This document shows positions 38,727-53,229 of a stretch of 64,000 nucleotides of DNA, in pieces. The translations under genes were made by a program, and so were the position numbers. The notes below the pieces were generated by a model. That model did no database searches. It worked only from the letters and a program-made list of their open reading frames with translations, and had not been told where the DNA came from. The number at the start of each line of letters is the position of its first letter. Position 1 is the stretch's first letter. The stretch comes from Amoebidium appalachense (Eukaryota; Protista; Ichthyosporea), in contig CAVNZM010000012.1 of assembly GCA_963693365.1 (NCBI GenBank), forward strand, positions 1,736,001 to 1,800,000, written 5' to 3'.

Positions 38727-38861
38727 GCAGATAGGCAAGAAGAATCCCGCATTGGCGCTGCCACCAGGTCTGCAGGCAGCGGTAGCAGAGGAGTATGAGA
38801 GTGACGAGGATGACCACCCAGTGGTCGACCCCACACAGCTGGTCATCACACACCCGGACGA
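38727..38861 (+). CDS. TGS1: Probable TGS1 exon
   Basis: QIGKKNPALALPPG...ITHPDE; CAG acceptor, GTACGT donor. Phase 2-2 supplies the phase needed by the exon at 39748. Confidence 0.5.
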
Positions 38862-38884
38862 GTACGTGTGGGTGTGTGTCTGTC

Positions 38885-38953
<69 letters not shown>

Positions 38954-38987
38954 CGTGTGCTTTCTGCCCCCCCCCCCCCCCCCCGGG

Positions 38988-39044
<57 letters not shown>

Positions 39045-39588
39045 GGGCACCACAGCCAACTTGTCATTACACACCCAGGCGAATGTGTGTGTGTGTGTGG
39101 GTGGGGGTTGGTGGATGGGTGTGTGTGTGTGTGTGTGTGTGTTTTTGGTGGGGGAAGGGGGGGGGGGGGGGGGGGGGGGGGGACTGGGGCAATTGTGTGT
39201 ACGGGCATGTTTGTGTGGAAAGGCTTTGGGTGTGGGGTCGATGAGGGATGGATAAGGAATTGCTGATGGTTTCGTGGGTGCAGATGTTTTATCTTTGGGT
39301 GGGTGTGGATGGGTGGGTGGAAGTGGGGTGGGGAGGGGGAGGGGGGTGAAGGGGGGGGACCTACGAAATCTCTATGAAGTCATCAGAGGGTAAAAGGGGG
39401 GGGGGAGGGGGGGAAAGGGGGAGGGGGGATGTTTAGTTGGTGTTGCAAGAGAAACGGCTGCCCATTGTTCGTTGCGTTTTTTTCCTAGTTGCTGTAAAGG
39501 TGCTCGCACATTTGTCTTTCGTTCTTCTTTCTTCTTCTTCTTCTTCTTCTCCTCCTTCTTTTTTCTTTTCTTTTCTTCTTCTTCTTCT

Positions 39589-39669
<81 letters not shown>

Positions 39670-39747
39670 CTGTTTTTTATGGGGGGGGGGGGGGGGGGGG
39701 GGGGGGTTGTATATGTGTGTGGAATCTGATTGTGGGTGCATGTTCAG

Positions 39748-40112
39748 GGTCGAGGGCTACCCATCACCACAGGGCAAACACAAACGCTTTGACGACTCAG
39801 ACAACGAGGTCGAAACATCAGCAAAGAAACAAACCACCAGGCCAAAAGATGTAGTGGAAGAGGAGGAAGGAGAGGAACAGGGGGAGGGGATGGAGGAAGA
39901 GGGAGAGGGAGAGGGGGAAGAGGGAGAGGAGGGAGAGGGAGAGGGGGAGGAGGAAGAGGAGGAATACATACAAGAGGCGAGAAGGATGGAGAAGTTGGGA
40001 GTTGTGGTTGGGGGGGTGAGCACGAACATCCTGGGCAAGACGAATGCAAAGTATTGGAACCAGCGCTACAGATTGTTTTCGAGGTTTGACGAGGGAATAT
40101 GGATGGACAAGG
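39748..40112 (+). CDS. TGS1: TGS1 exon: acidic tract and start of the methyltransferase domain
   Basis: GKHKRFDD...KYWNQRYRLFSRFDEGIWMDK is the TGS1 signature; donor GTATGA, phase 1. Confidence 0.9.
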
Positions 40113-40190
40113 GTATGAAAATACTACTACTACTACAACCCCCCCCCCCCCCAAAAAAAAAAAGGTCCCCAAATGTCTTCAGCATGCATC

Positions 40191-40232
<42 letters not shown>

Positions 40233-40343
40233 CATCTTCCCCATTCAAAGTTTCTTCCTGCAGTCACGTTTTAGGTCGTTTCTAATATTTCATTATTTTT
40301 TTCTCTTTTTGCATTATTGCCAACCTTTAAGGCATACAACTTC

Positions 40344-40386
<43 letters not shown>

Positions 40387-40615
40387 TTTCCCGGTGAGGG
40401 GTGCATACCTGCACCCTACTCGTCGTGTTATTTCCTTTTGTCTTCTTAATCCCGTCGTGTTCTGGTGTGGGTGGAAGAACATAGGCAGTAATGGTTGTGG
40501 CGGGGTTGGATGCTTGTGTTTGCGTTCGTATTATTCTCTCTTTTGGTTTGTTGCTGGTTGGTTTTGGGGTGTCGTATGTGTGTTTGTTTTTATTGTTTCT
40601 TTTTTTTGTGGTGGT

Positions 40616-40662
<47 letters not shown>

Positions 40663-40918
40663 TGAGTCGTGAGCTGATTTGCAAGATAGATAGGGAAAAG
40701 GGCTGAAAACTTTTAAAGACCTAGCAACACCATCGAGGGTATATGCTGGCTCGCAGGTGTGTTTATGTGGATGGCTGCCTACTTGGTCTGTGTGTTGTTT
40801 GGTGTGCGTGAGGTGCAAGCTGCGACATGCTTGCGTGTGCATGTTTGTATCTGGGCACATGTGTTTGTCCACGTGTCCGGGCAAGATGTGAGTGTGCGTG
40901 TGTGGGAGCACTTTCTAG

Positions 40919-41623
<705 letters not shown>

Positions 41624-42357
41624 TGATATTATGCAAAATAAGTGAACTACTTTCTCTGCAGAACACACACACCAGACAACACAAGTGTTTGAAGCCAACA
41701 CGTGTGCCCCCCCCCCTCCTTCGCAGGCACACACACGCACGCACGCACACCCCTACCGCCGGCGCCGCCTGATGTATTTTGGGGCTGGCTCGTGTGTTGA
41801 AAGGTCGAGGTTGAGCGAGAGTCGGTTAAGAGGCTGTTGTTCTTTGTGTGTGTATATGGCGGTGTGGCTGTGTGGCTGTGTGCACCGTTACGGGACCCTA
41901 TGTATATACTGGACAGCCTGGTCAGGGAGTTTCGGGCGTTTCCTCCGCACCAATCAAATCGCTAATTTCCTAAATGGAATGTTACGTCATAGTTTCGGGT
42001 GTTACCTCCGGTTGGTCGGTTGAAGTTTGTATCCACTAAACGCGCCACGTTTAGAGTTAGTGCAAAATGTTCTGATTGGCTTGTAAATCCGTTATCGCCA
42101 AACCTCTACAATCACAAACAGCTCATTGACCTAATTGAGTTACAATGTAACATTTTTAATCGTAATTATTGTTATTTATAAATAAATACAAGAGTTGTAT
42201 TAATATAAGGAAAAATTGGGTTTTTTTGTTTTCGGCTGATTTAAGCTCTTGACCTAACAATGCAACCAATAAGCATGCTGCTACTAACTAGTTTGCCACC
42301 CCTCAATGCTGAAGTCGAAGCTTAGGAATGTGAACTTTTGCGGTCCGGCAAGTATAG

Positions 42358-42954
<597 letters not shown>

Positions 42955-42998
42955 TGATGGTGGTTTTGTGTGTGTGTGTGTGGGGTGGGGGGGGGGGT

Positions 42999-43038
<40 letters not shown>

Positions 43039-43300
43039 AGGGAGGGGACCGACCAAAGGTGTGTAGTATACAACAGAATGATGACGACTATATGTTTTTT
43101 GGAAGCCCTGTTAGATGATCCGTCCTGTAAAGTGGAACAATAGATCCACGAGTAGTTCCTTCAGATGTACCTACCCTCTAAAAGGAGAGAGTGGGTAGGT
43201 GGGTGGGTTGGTGTGGGTGGGTGGATGGAGTGTGGGGGGAATATCATTGATTTTTTGTGTTTGTTACAGACACCAACTCTTTCTCTCTTTTGCTCTGCAG

Positions 43301-43471
43301 GCAGATATTGTGTTTCTCAGCCCCCCGTGGGGTGGCCCCGAGTACCGCTATGCAGCTGTGTTTGACGTGCAGAAGATGATGCTGCCTGACGGCTACGACA
43401 TATTTGCAAAGGCCAAAATGATCACCAGCAACATTGTGTACTACGTGCCCAGAAACTGCAACCTGCACCAG
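43301..43471 (+). CDS. TGS1: TGS1 exon: catalytic SPPWGGP motif
   Basis: ADIVFLSPPWGGPEY...NIVYYVPRN; phase 0-0. Confidence 0.95.
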
Positions 43472-43639
43472 GTACGATTTCTCAATATACATCTCTCTCT
43501 TTTTTTCTTCCCCCCCCCCCCCCCCCCCCCCCCTCCCCCCCTTGTTAACAATACTTTCCTGTCCCCCTCCCTGCCCCCCCCCCCCCTCCCCCGCTCTCTC
43601 TTCCCCCTCCTATCCCCATCCCCCCCCCCCCCCCCCCCC

Positions 43640-43790
43640 GTCGCGGAGCTGACATGGGTAATGTTGATCATTTGGGCCCCCCCTCAGATGGGTTCTGCAT
43701 ATGACGCATGTTCTCGGTGTATGCTTCTAAAAATCTGCTTTGTGTGTTGTAGTTGGATATATCCTGCTCGTACGGTAACACACTTTTAAA
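43640..43790 (+). mobile_element. Diverged relative of short element family A, between two poly(C) tracts
   Basis: tgggcccccc...gatgggttctgc...gtatgc...cgtac...acttttaaac+poly(C) parallels family A in both ends and length. Confidence 0.55.
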
Positions 43791-43796
43791 CCCCCC

Positions 43797-43827
<31 letters not shown>

Positions 43828-43854
43828 AAAACGCCCCACCCCCATCCCCCGGTG

Positions 43855-43888
<34 letters not shown>

Positions 43889-44161
43889 ACCGGAGGAGCT
43901 TGGTTTGCAGGCAAGGTGAATGGGTTGAAAATCGGGCACTCTGAGGATGAGTTATAACCCTTACGAAGGCGGGCTCTGTTTTTGTCTCATATTTGGTTTT
44001 TTGTGTTCTTTTTTGCATGTCCGCATAACGGTTTAGGTTGTGAGTGTGGTGTATTTGCTTTATTGCGTGCAGGTGTTTCGTGTTTCAGGTTTAGGGAGAA
44101 AAGAGGGAAGAATTGTTTCTATCTGGCACGTTGGCTGTGTTCTGACGGCCCTTTGTTGCAG

Positions 44162-44237
44162 CTTGTGGAGCTTGCCGATGGGCAAAAGTGTGAGATCGAA
44201 CAGTGCTTTATCGGCAAGAAGATCAAGACCCTCACAG
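44162..44237 (+). CDS. TGS1: TGS1 penultimate exon
   Basis: [25 protein letters not shown]; donor GTACAT, phase 1. The expected terminal A-Y-[FY]-G exon was not found in the window. Confidence 0.9.
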
Positions 44238-44304
44238 GTACATACACACACACACACACACTCGCATTCGCATGCATGTGCGCACGTGTGCGCACACAAA
44301 CACA

Positions 44305-44365
<61 letters not shown>

Positions 44366-44377
44366 ATACACGCACAT

Positions 44378-44447
<70 letters not shown>

Positions 44448-45059
44448 AAACATGCACACACACACACACATGCACGCATGCATGCATGCACACACACACG
44501 CGCACACACACACACACACACACACGCACATACGCACATGCATGCACACACACACACAATGTTAATTCATGTCTCACCAGTCCAAATCAATGGCTAGCTT
44601 GCATATCTCCCCCTCCCCCCTTCCCCTCTTCCTCTCTTTCCCTCTCCCCTCTTCCCTCTTGCTCTCTTCCCCTCTACCGTTACGTCTTCACTCCCCCTAT
44701 AGTTTACCACAAACCTAGTTTCCTCTTACACACCACAAATATCATTATACTGTCATACTCACCCTCGCATGTCCGCCAACAGTTCTTGCACTATCACAAT
44801 CGCTTTTATTGGCCCATAACTACCGCATATCCACAGTCACATATATCCACATATCCACCCCTGCCTACCCCCCACACACTCAGTATTATAAGTCAGTAAC
44901 TGACGCTATCGATATCCACCACGTAATAGCTCATTCGTATCACTCATATCCACACCCACCTACCTGCAAGTATGCACGCATATATAAAAATTCACACCGC
45001 TTACTTGCAAACCCCCCTTTCCCCCCTCCATTCTATCTATTTACAAAGATATCTATTTA

Positions 45060-45108
45060 CATACCAGAGACTGGTCTCTCTTTACCTCGAGCAAACAGTG
45101 TAGACCCC
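45060..45108 (+). repeat. Isolated copy of the LINE 3'-terminal motif
   Basis: cataccagagactggtctctctttacctcgagcaaacagtgtagacccc versus catacctgagactggtctctctttgcctcgagtaaacagcgtaaacccc at about 50135-50183. Confidence 0.8.
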
Positions 45109-45486
45109 ACATTGATATGCAATATAGATATCCCATATTTCCACTTTACCCCAATAACCCCTGCCATCAATGGCCTATCACTATCTGTTCATATAGAAAT
45201 CCAAGTAGATGTCATAAATTTCCACTTACCCGCATATCTCCCCCCATGCAGCATACTACGGCAACCTAGTGCACCGGCCCACCAACCTAGCCAAGGGCGA
45301 CACAAATCTGTGTGCAAACATCTACGGTGCACCCACGGGGCCTAGCCGCAAGCTAGCTGCCGCCCGCCTGGACTGATTCAAAAAACCAAGTAGGAGCTGT
45401 TGGCCCCACACCATCACCACCACCACAACACCGCTGCCACCACCAGCAACACTGCAACACTGCAACAAGAACATGGTCGAAAAAGC

Positions 45487-45518
<32 letters not shown>

Positions 45519-46434
45519 CCACCCACAGGAGGGAAAAAAAAAAAAAAAACACGTGCACACACGCGTGCGCACACATACACACACACGCTCACACACGCTC
45601 ACACATAAACACACACGGGCACAAACGCACAAACGCACACACAAGGCGCACACACCCTCTCTCCTCTCGTTTCTCTCCAACTCTCTCATCTACCATTCTA
45701 ACCCAACCAGCATGTAGCTAATCAATCGTGTGTTCAGTGTTGTTTTGCTTTTTGTTCTGTTGGGGTGGGGGCTGATTTGGGGCATAAAGTTCCACCCGTT
45801 TTATTGAAGTAGCACCGTATTTTCAGCTTTTCTTTTACTAGGCCTTACAATATCTGATTCTTTTGTCGCATGTGTAAAGCTATGAGTGTATGATTCTGTG
45901 CATAGAGGTATGGAGCATGCGTGTGGGTGTGTTCGTATATGCACAAGTTTTCGATGTTGTTGTTTTTCACGTTTGTACAGAGGCCATCCTAAATGTAGCT
46001 CTAACCGGGAATTACATCATATCCCATTAATGGGATATTATACTGGATCTTTGTGATCTAGTTTCTGAACGCGATCGGGGTCAATGTAGATCCCCTTTTC
46101 CACCTGATAAATACATTTGGCACAATTTTTTGCAGAGTGGTGCATGTGCCTTACCCGGAAAAATGTTTTCATTTTTCGGGGAAAATGCCATACAACGTGC
46201 GCGGCTGAAACTACGCAGCAGGTCTGACGGAGTCTGTGGTAATAAATATTGGCGTTCAGGGAGTTAATGAATATTTCAGATTTCGTCATATGGAAAAATA
46301 AATGCGGCGCCTGATTGATCATGCATAGTGATGTTTTCAAAGTCTTACAATTCATCCACTGTTTCCTGTGCTGCTAAGCACGCCCCACGTTCATGGATCC
46401 GCAGTGCGTGAATTCAAAAACGACACCCCTCCCT

Positions 46435-46473
<39 letters not shown>

Positions 46474-46512
46474 AAAAACACACACACACAACACACACAC
46501 CAAAAAAAAAAA

Positions 46513-46547
<35 letters not shown>

Positions 46548-47029
46548 GAAAGAAAGAAAAGAATAGAAAAAGAAAAGAACTTCAAAGAAAGAACTTAGAC
46601 AAGAAAACACACTCTGCACCACCGTAGTGAGTAGTTTACATTTAGTGACTAACTTAAATTTAAAATCGGAATTGCTGGGAGATTTACGTGATTACAATCA
46701 TATCAACGACCAATTTAGGACCTAAATATTGTCTCCCTCTTCTTCTTTTTCTTCCTTGGCTTCTTCTACCTCATCGCTATCATCATATTCTCCGGCATCT
46801 TATAATTCTTCTGTTCTTTCTTTCTGTCTTTCGTTCGTTCATTCGTTCGTTCTTTCCTTCTTTCTTTCTTCCTTTCTTCCTTCCTTCCTTCCTTTCTTTC
46901 TTTCGAATCTTTCTTTCTTTCTGTTTCTTTTCTTTTTCTTTGCTCCTTCTTTTCTTTTTTTTTGTTTTTTTTTTTTGTTTTTTTTTCGGTTCAGAGCGAG
47001 GCCCAGCTCGCTGCCCCTCTCCCCTCCTT

Positions 47030-47060
<31 letters not shown>

Positions 47061-47304
47061 CCCCCCCCCCCGCCCCACCCCGCCCGCCTCGCCCCTGTAT
47101 GGCAATTCTCCCTCAGCATCAGGCGCCCCGTAGCCCCCGGAGGTAAATCGTCAAGGAAAGAGGCCAGGGGAAAGGGGTGAGTAGCCCCTGAATCCCCCAG
47201 CGCTGTTCAGGTGACATGCATTCATATTATGCATCACGGTCAGCTGGTTCACTGGATGACATCTTGTGCTACCACTATCATACAGTATGTATTAGACTAA
47301 TTCG

Positions 47305-47362
47305 ATGTCCCACCCGAGACGAGCTCCAACCCCTCCCCCCCTCCCGCCCCCCCCTCCCCGGC

Positions 47363-47401
<39 letters not shown>

Positions 47402-47495
47402 ACCCCACACACACATACACACGCACCACACACACACACACAATGTCCCACCCGAGACGAGCTCCAACCCCTCCCCCCCTCCCGCCCCCCTCCCC

Positions 47496-47534
<39 letters not shown>

Positions 47535-47640
47535 ACCCCACACACACATACACACGCACCACACAGACACACACACACAAACACAAACACACACACACAC
47601 ACGCACCACACACACACACACCTCACACGCGCATGCACCA
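47305..47640 (+). repeat. Tandem duplication, 138-bp period, with poly(C) and (CA)n
   Basis: atgtcccacccgagacgagctccaacccctcccccctcccgcc at 47305 and 47443. Confidence 0.85.
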
Positions 47641-47789
47641 GATCCACTGAGACTCCACTCCCCCTTCCCCCCAATGTCTCAACCATGAGGTCTGTGGATG
47701 AAATTCCGAATTCAGAACTTTCTGCTGACTCAGGTATGTACACTCCAGCTACATAATATCATGCCGGATTTTTCCAATGTTGCCGCAAG

Positions 47790-47821
47790 ACCAAGCAGGG
47801 CCCATGACATGCACACTGGGC

Positions 47822-47889
<68 letters not shown>

Positions 47890-49839
47890 GATATATATAT
47901 ATAATGATATTGTGCTATTAAACCTGATCTTACTATTATGTTAAGGTCTCTCTTTTCTTGGTGTGTTAAATGTGGACATGTCCCGTCATCTTGGTTAGAT
48001 ACCTTGATCCCCATAGTTAAGAAGGACTCTGAGGGCCCCATATCATCTTTTCGCCCCATCACACTAACCGAGGTTGTTCGTAGATTCTTTGAAGCTTGCT
48101 TACTTAGGTTATTTGCACATCACCCTAGGTTTCAATCTATTCTTCACATACACCCATGCCAATCCGCTTTTCGTAAAAACAATTCATGTTATGTTCAAAT
48201 AATGGCACTGCACGATTCTATGCAAGTTGGTGCACGATATGTTGGTTTTATTGATTGGAAAACTGCTTACGATTCTGTCTTCCCTGGTCTCCTATGGGAA
48301 AAGCTTGCTGCACGGGGTGTACCACACTGCATCATGTGTTTTGTTAGAAGCGCTCTTGTCTCAAACCTATGGTAGAGCTGTGGTTAATGGGCATCTTTCA
48401 TATGGTTTTGCTCGTACTAGAGATCTCTTGCAGGGTTCATTGCTTAGCCCCTTTTTGTTTATCCTATTTATAGATGATATGGCTGTCAAGATTTATACCG
48501 AAAATGATGACCCCATTAATAACTTTCCGCCTGCACTTCTCTATGCTGATGATCTGTCCCTCATTGCCCGTACCCCTAGACGCCTGCAACGACTGTTCGA
48601 TGTAGTGTCAGAGTGGTGCAAGGCAAACCTTATGATCCTTAACATAGACATGATGTGGTGTTCTTGTACCTGATATAGCTAACAATTTACACACATTTAC
48701 ATGATCATCTAAACCTGTACCTATAGTTCCAGAATACAAATATCTTGGTGTTCCGGTTAATTCTGTTGGTGTTATGTTTTCCCATATGGTCGAAAAGAGG
48801 GTAGAGCTGGCTCGTAAACGGTTAGCTTTCTTCTCGGCTAATATTTTTAAAGACACACCCCTCCATCCTTCTATTAGACTACATTTATTCGCACTTTTGT
48901 CTTCCCGGCATGTGAACATGGTTTACCCCTTCTCGCCGCTTGGATCAAGAAAGAGAGAACTAGAGCGCTTAAACCCTTGGCAAATTTCCTTGAAGCAGAA
49001 GTTGCCTCCTTTCTATCTAACAAACTGTTGTAAACCTGGGCCTGTAACGCTCTCGATATATGGTCTGGTCCCAATAGCTGCTAGAATATCCCATCTCGCG
49101 CTGAAATTCAATAAGCACATAAGCCGCTTAAAGAAGTGTTTGCCCTCCCACCCTCTCTTCTCTATCCGACCTGTCCCCTCCTCACCTCTCCCCTCTTTCC
49201 TTCCCTCTCTCTCTCCTTCTCCCCCGGGCACAAATACAAATAATCCTCGCAAAAGTGTGCGTGTGACTTTGGACTGCCACTTACTTATTAGACATCATAC
49301 GGTACACAATCACAAGATAATTACGCAATATAACAAATGGAAAAAGATACCACACGACACCAGACCCGATGAAAGCATACACCTTGAAAAACTAAGCCTT
49401 ATGTCTCGTTTTATATATAATGACCGCCTTAAACCATATTGCCAAATATGGCACTCGCAAATGTGTAACACCTAAATACATATTACCTTCCTGTAGAATT
49501 GGTCTTTCTCTAGCTGATGGTATTATTGATCACATACCACGCTTTTGCTGTACAGGTGCTATACAGTGGAGATCTAATAAGTATAAGGTGGCATCGTTTG
49601 CATGCCCAAACAACACACACATACACCAGTTTAAACGGTCATGTATCGCCAAATGTAGTTTGATAGACCACATAATACCGCAGCACACACACGTCACATT
49701 CACAACAGACACCCAGAAAGATAGCCTACCTGAAAATTACAACATCCTTGATATTATACTAAACACGCGAAACTACGACCTGTTTATTAGATGTATTGAT
49801 TGGCTTGAGAAACACATCATTACAAAATTCTAGCGCGCG

Positions 49840-49926
<87 letters not shown>

Positions 49927-50182
49927 CCAGCTGATACCGAGTGTCCCAGGGGAGCCCGAAAAAAACAAAAAACAAAAAAAAAAACAAAAAAAACGGGTAA
50001 CCCCAACTAATTGATTTTTCTTAGTCTTTATGGTGTCTCGTAGAGAAAGTAAACCCTGATATATAATCATCACCCGACAGCTATGTACGTGATCATGATA
50101 TACCGCTGAGGGGATATTCCGAGCAAAAACCCTCCATACCTGAGACTGGTCTCTCTTTGCCTCGAGTAAACAGCGTAAACCC

Positions 50183-50185
<3 letters not shown>
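47790..50185 (+). mobile_element. Non-LTR (LINE-type) retrotransposon, copy 2, with frameshifted RT
   Basis: VPSSW...IPIVKK...FRPITLTEVVRRFFE, QSAFR, FIDWKTAYDSV, LLQGSLLSPFLFILFIDD, LLYADDL and YKYLGV, broken by several frameshifts. Ends gtaaac-CCCCC then (TA)n. The 5' boundary is uncertain: a KxxGP(D)-like remnant lies left of the (TA)n at 47826-47903. Confidence 0.9.
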
Positions 50186-50249
<64 letters not shown>

Positions 50250-50499
50250 AAAATGGGTCCGGAGGTTAGCTAACAATAACTTTGCTGATCCGCCGTACCC
50301 AAGTGTTCTCCCACGTGTACACATTGTTTTTTGCGCATCTTGCTGTAGCTAATAATATTTATAGCCTGACTGGGTGACCCCCGGGCCCCTGACGCCCCGT
50401 ATTTGTTATTGACTTAGGACAGGATACCAATTAAGGCATTCTCTGCTGATGGTATCAGCATAGAATTTCCATATGAATGGTGGGGGGAAAGATAACTAT

Positions 50500-51129
50500 T
50501 GAAAACCAGGGTGTGTATACCATAACTATGCCCTAGTTAACATATGCAGGCTAGGAGAAGCACGTAAGTATAGAGACAAGAAAGCGGGTGCTACAGCTAG
50601 TCTGACACCGTGCCACGACTAGTGTAACGTTTACTCGGACACACAGCCCCGCCCAAGTGACCCAAGTCTGGAATGTACCAGCCTTTTATAGTCCGTTGGT
50701 TTCCGCCGGTCCGGAGAGCACTCCCCGCATACTTCTTTAAGGCGACAGCCAATCGGCATGTGGCCATACTTATAATAAAGTACATGACATATACATGAGT
50801 ACATGAGCTTCTCCTGGGTGATCATAATATAGCTTCACGTTATACTACAGTGCTACATGTGTATGTCTAGTGCCCAATAAAGTGTCTACGGTGCCGTACA
50901 CCTAAGATACATGCTGGCAAAGTGTTCGCGTTCTTTGCATCGCTCCTAACTGCATACTTAAGGTGCAGAGCAACTGCCCTAATAAGGAATACAGCTAAAA
51001 GTGATGCAGCCGATTGGTAGCTGCTTCCGAGGCTCTATTCCGGCCTCTGGCGAGAAGTCACAAAGGCACGTAGACTGGTTGTGGGGAAACAGCACGGTGT
51101 GCACGTGAATGTACACAACCATGTCTACA
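50500..51129 (-). repeat. 3' LTR (630 bp, TG...CA ends)
   Basis: tgaaaac...gtctaca. The first ~185 bp match 59629-59812. TATAAAAGG on the - strand at 50690-50682; PPT aaacaggggggg (51141-51130) abuts the LTR. Confidence 0.85.
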
Positions 51130-51197
51130 CCCCCCCTGTTTAGGGGCAACGAAGGGCAACTGCACCGAGTACCCGCATGCCCTGCCCTTAAGGGGGA

Positions 51198-52801
51198 TCA
51201 ACCTTTACGTCTGCGTTTGCGCACATGCTGTTGTGTGCCCTTGCGCTGATTTTTGATTGGCTCCTCACTGGGGGGTCGAATCACTTGCTGCAAATAATCA
51301 GCTAAGGCACCCGAGGCCGACTCAGACAAGTTTGCATGTGACTCCCACGAATCATCGGTGGCCTTAAACCCCTTCCAGCGAACTTTGTAGAGGGCGCGAC
51401 CATTTTCCCATTTATGGTCAATAATCTTAGCCACTTCCAAGGTCACAGCGTCATATGCCACACGGGACTCAGGTAGTGAGGTAGGGGTCCATCCGTGCGG
51501 GGTACATAGGGTTTAAGGAAACGAGCGTGCGAACGCTCCACATCCTGTGTCCCCACCCGCTGAATATCGTAGGTAAGTGGCGCGACTTTGCGCAAAACCC
51601 GGTAGGGCCCCACCCACTTGTCCCGTAGGCTAGCAGCCTCATATAGCTGGTTACCATCACCATCAACCACCTTCTTGTTGTTAAGGGTGTTGTCGAGCTT
51701 GAGCACCAAATCTGCCAAATCGGGAACAGGCCGCGCCCTCTGATTGGCTGATTTGCGGTGCCGATCTTGCTCGGTAACCATACGTGCACGAACCAAATCG
51801 CGCGCATAGGTCAATCGCTCCCAGAGTGCATACCGATGCTCCTTAGTGGTACTGCTGTACTCGGGGCCCAGTTTCTCCACAAAGGGGTCACGGGGGTCCC
51901 GGCCATACAAAAGGAAGAAAGGACTGTCGCCCAGTGCGGAGTGCATAGCCGTGTGGTAGGCAAACCGCACCTGGGGCAAAAACGTGTCCCACTCCGTTAA
52001 GTTATCTGTAGCCACTTGCGCAAGAATACTATTAAGGGTGCGATTGAACCGTTCAACCAACCCATTTGTCTGGGGGGAGTAGGGTGATGCGAGGATCTGG
52101 CGACTAGTTAGGAGGGTTAACACATCCTTAACCAGCTGCGCAGAAATATTCGACCCATCATCCGACAGCACAAACTCGGGTGGTCCGTGTCGCGCGAAAA
52201 CATAGTCGTGGAAAGCATTAGCGATATCCTCTGCGGTGGGTGGATGATCGAACAGCACCCGTGTGAACATGTCTATGAACACAAGGATATACTGCTTCCC
52301 GCTCTTCACTGGTGGCAAGACGGTCACATCCATGGCCACATACTGAAAGGGGTACTGTGGTGCGAAACCGCGCTGCACGGGCAAGCGGCCCTGCAAGCGT
52401 GGTGTTTTGCGCCGCTGGCACCTATCGCACGAATTCACATACCGCACGACCTGATACCACATCCCCGGCCACCAAAACGAAGACCAAATTCGATGAAACG
52501 TGCGCTGGGCATCAAGATGCCCGGCTGTGGGGGCATCGTGGCAAGCTGCGAGGATCTGTGCCCTTAAAGACTCGGGGACCCAGACCTGTGGCAGCAGCGC
52601 AGGGCGACGAGTCGCACGCTGCTCCGGTGTCCACACATACACCACCCCCTTATAAACCGTGCATCTGCTTGCCTCTAAAGCAACACTTCCATCCACATGT
52701 GCCGGCGCGGTGGGGTTGCTGAGGTAATCACGAATACTGCACAAAAACGGATCTGCATTTTGCGCCGCCTTAATTTCCTCCACAGTAGGCATACCCGGCA
52801 A
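51198..52801 (-). pseudogene. Integrase (HHCC zinc finger, DDE core, GPY motif) plus C-terminal chromodomain, frameshifted near 51450
   Basis: CHDAPTAGH...CDRC, YVAMDV, LSDDGS, TNGLVERFNRTL, KWVGPYRV; then LEVAKIIDHKW...YKVRWKGF...DSWES. Confidence 0.9.
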
Positions 52802-53229
52802 CTGTGGGATAGTAAGCGCGCGTAACTCCGGGAAGTATTCACCTTCAACCCACGGGTATGATCACGTGCAGCATCAGAGATCTGCTCAGCCAGAGGGGGG
52901 GTGGGGGTGGGGTTGACAGTGGCATGCGCACCCTCCCCCGGTCCACCCTTAACCCCTGACGTGCGCTTGCGCTTCTGCGTGCGCGCCGCTGACGCGGGTT
53001 TGTGGGTGGGTGCATCAGCACCACCGTCCGCACGTGCCCGCCCACGCGTCACCACGAGCGCAGGAAACACAACGGTGTCTGGCACAAAATCACTGTGGTC
53101 ATCTCCGTGCTCACACCCAATCAGCGAAGGAAAAGTCAGATCTGGATCATCTTCGCTGGGCACCAAATTCGCGCTGGAAGGCCGTGAAATGCCGTTTGCA
53201 TTGCTGTGGTCCTTCCCGGCACGGTGTTG

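Noticed and set aside
46038-46355. 105-aa ORF with KGIYIDPDRVQKL, reminiscent of gypsy RT
   Set aside because: A single short motif with no YxDD or other supporting motifs; too weak to call.
47826-50247. LINE inserted specifically into (TA)n
   Set aside because: (TA)n flanks both sides of copy 2, but an RT-upstream GP(D)-like remnant lies left of the 5' tract and copy 1 has no (TA)n, so targeting is unsupported.
50490-50510. Similarity of the LTR left junction (tattgaaaacc) to the satellite unit
   Set aside because: An 11-nt AT-rich match, likely chance; the TSD cannot be tested because the other LTR end is lost.
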